Source: a virus
Taxonomy: Duplodnaviria; Caudoviricetes
Strand: one strand, 5' to 3'
Length of the DNA stretch: 64,000 bases
Virus record (IMG/VR): IMGVR_UViG_3300024331_000007
Location: 32,001 to 96,000 of that record
A model generated the notes under the pieces. It worked only from the letters and a program-made list of their open reading frames with translations. It did not search any database and was not told where the DNA came from. Positions 63,348 to 64,000 of the stretch are shown one piece after another. Position 1 is the stretch's first letter, and every line of letters starts with the position of its first letter. Made by a program: the position numbers and the translations under genes.

Positions 63348-63358
63348 GCAGGTATTTA

Positions 63359-64000
63359 TCATTCTTTAGATAGATTTTGATAATATAGCCTGACAGCCTT
63401 GCTCAGCTTTCGTTTAGTTTCTTCAGTCTGAGCTATTCCTTTGTTCCAAGGAACTCTTCCTTTAGTAGCCTCGGAAATTTTAGTTTTAGTATCTGTTGAG
63501 TGAGATATGCCTAAATTCCAAGGAGTTGAACCTGTCTTTGAGGTAGAAATTTTTTGTTTTGTATTTTCTGACAGTATTCTACCAGCCAATGATTTTGCTA
63601 GTTTATTTCTAGTTTCGGCTGAAACCATCTTACCTTTATGAGTTTTGCTGATCTTTCTTCTACCCTGTTCTGTTATTGGTTTTCTATATTTCACCGACTC
63701 TTGTATTTTTCGTCTAGTTTCAATGGAGGGATTTTTTAGACCTTCACCGCCATCTGTTCTATTTTGCAAACAGCCAGTTCCCAAATCTACACGTCCGAAT
63801 TTTGCAATCTGTTTAATCTCCTCAGTTAGTGCGTCGTTTTCGTTTAAATTAGTAGACAGAAATACAATGTTGGACTTATCTGAAAGTGGAGATACTCTAT
63901 GTTGATTACTAAATGCTCTGTTGCCTTTTCCCTTGCCTATATAATATGGAGTTCCAATATTACCATTGTTGCTATTCTTAGTTCGTAGATAAGCGTATAC
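63359..64000 (-). CDS. GIY-YIG/NUMOD3 homing endonuclease (5' end outside window)
   Basis: VYAYLR..TPYYIGKG read in frame from the window edge; GTGCLQNRTDGG. Confidence 0.85.
   Translation of the reverse strand, partial: VYAYLRTKNSNNGNIGTPYYIGKGKGNRAFSNQHRVSPLSDKSNIVFLSTNLNENDALTEEIKQIAKFGRVDLGTGCLQNRTDGGEGLKNPSIETRRKIQESVKYRKPITEQGRRKISKTHKGKMVSAETRNKLAKSLAGRILSENTKQKISTSKTGSTPWNLGISHSTDTKTKISEATKGRVPWNKGIAQTEETKRKLSKAVRLYYQNLSKE

Noticed and set aside
1-64000. Alternative genetic code (TAG reassignment) suggested by the CUA-loop tRNA
   Set aside because: Conserved genes are full length in code 11 and some (for example gp4-like) end at TAG at the expected position.

Overview
64-kb window of a large T4-superfamily-like (jumbo) myophage genome, standard genetic code. 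From left to right it holds: (i) a minus-strand tRNA cluster (~1.9-7.7 kb) with ~14 intact tRNAs, several non-canonical or degenerate tRNA-like RNAs and three different free-standing endonucleases; (ii) late accessory genes (GNAT-like, ADP-ribosyltransferase-like, GP88-like, papain-like peptidase, GH108 endolysin); (iii) a nucleotide-metabolism/replication operon (Nudix, guanine deaminase-like, ThyX-like, dCMP deaminase, mini-DnaE, clamp-loader-like, UvsW); (iv) a collagen fibre gene flanked by glycosyltransferases; (v) an early operon of 17 tandem, translationally coupled small paralogs sharing a C-terminal AML(Y/W)xLENA tail; (vi) the virion module (gp14, gp13, sheath, tube, gp4, terminase, gp15) with a 1463-aa Zn-ribbon protein punctuated by hydrophobic-x-E motifs. 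The main unexplained signals are the LENA-tail cassette array, T4 capsid-targeting-like N-termini on enzymes, a covarying RNA leader shared by three homing endonuclease genes, systematic leaderless genes from two promoter classes, and tRNAs with mismatched bodies and anticodons. All family assignments come from recognising motifs by eye; no database searches were run.
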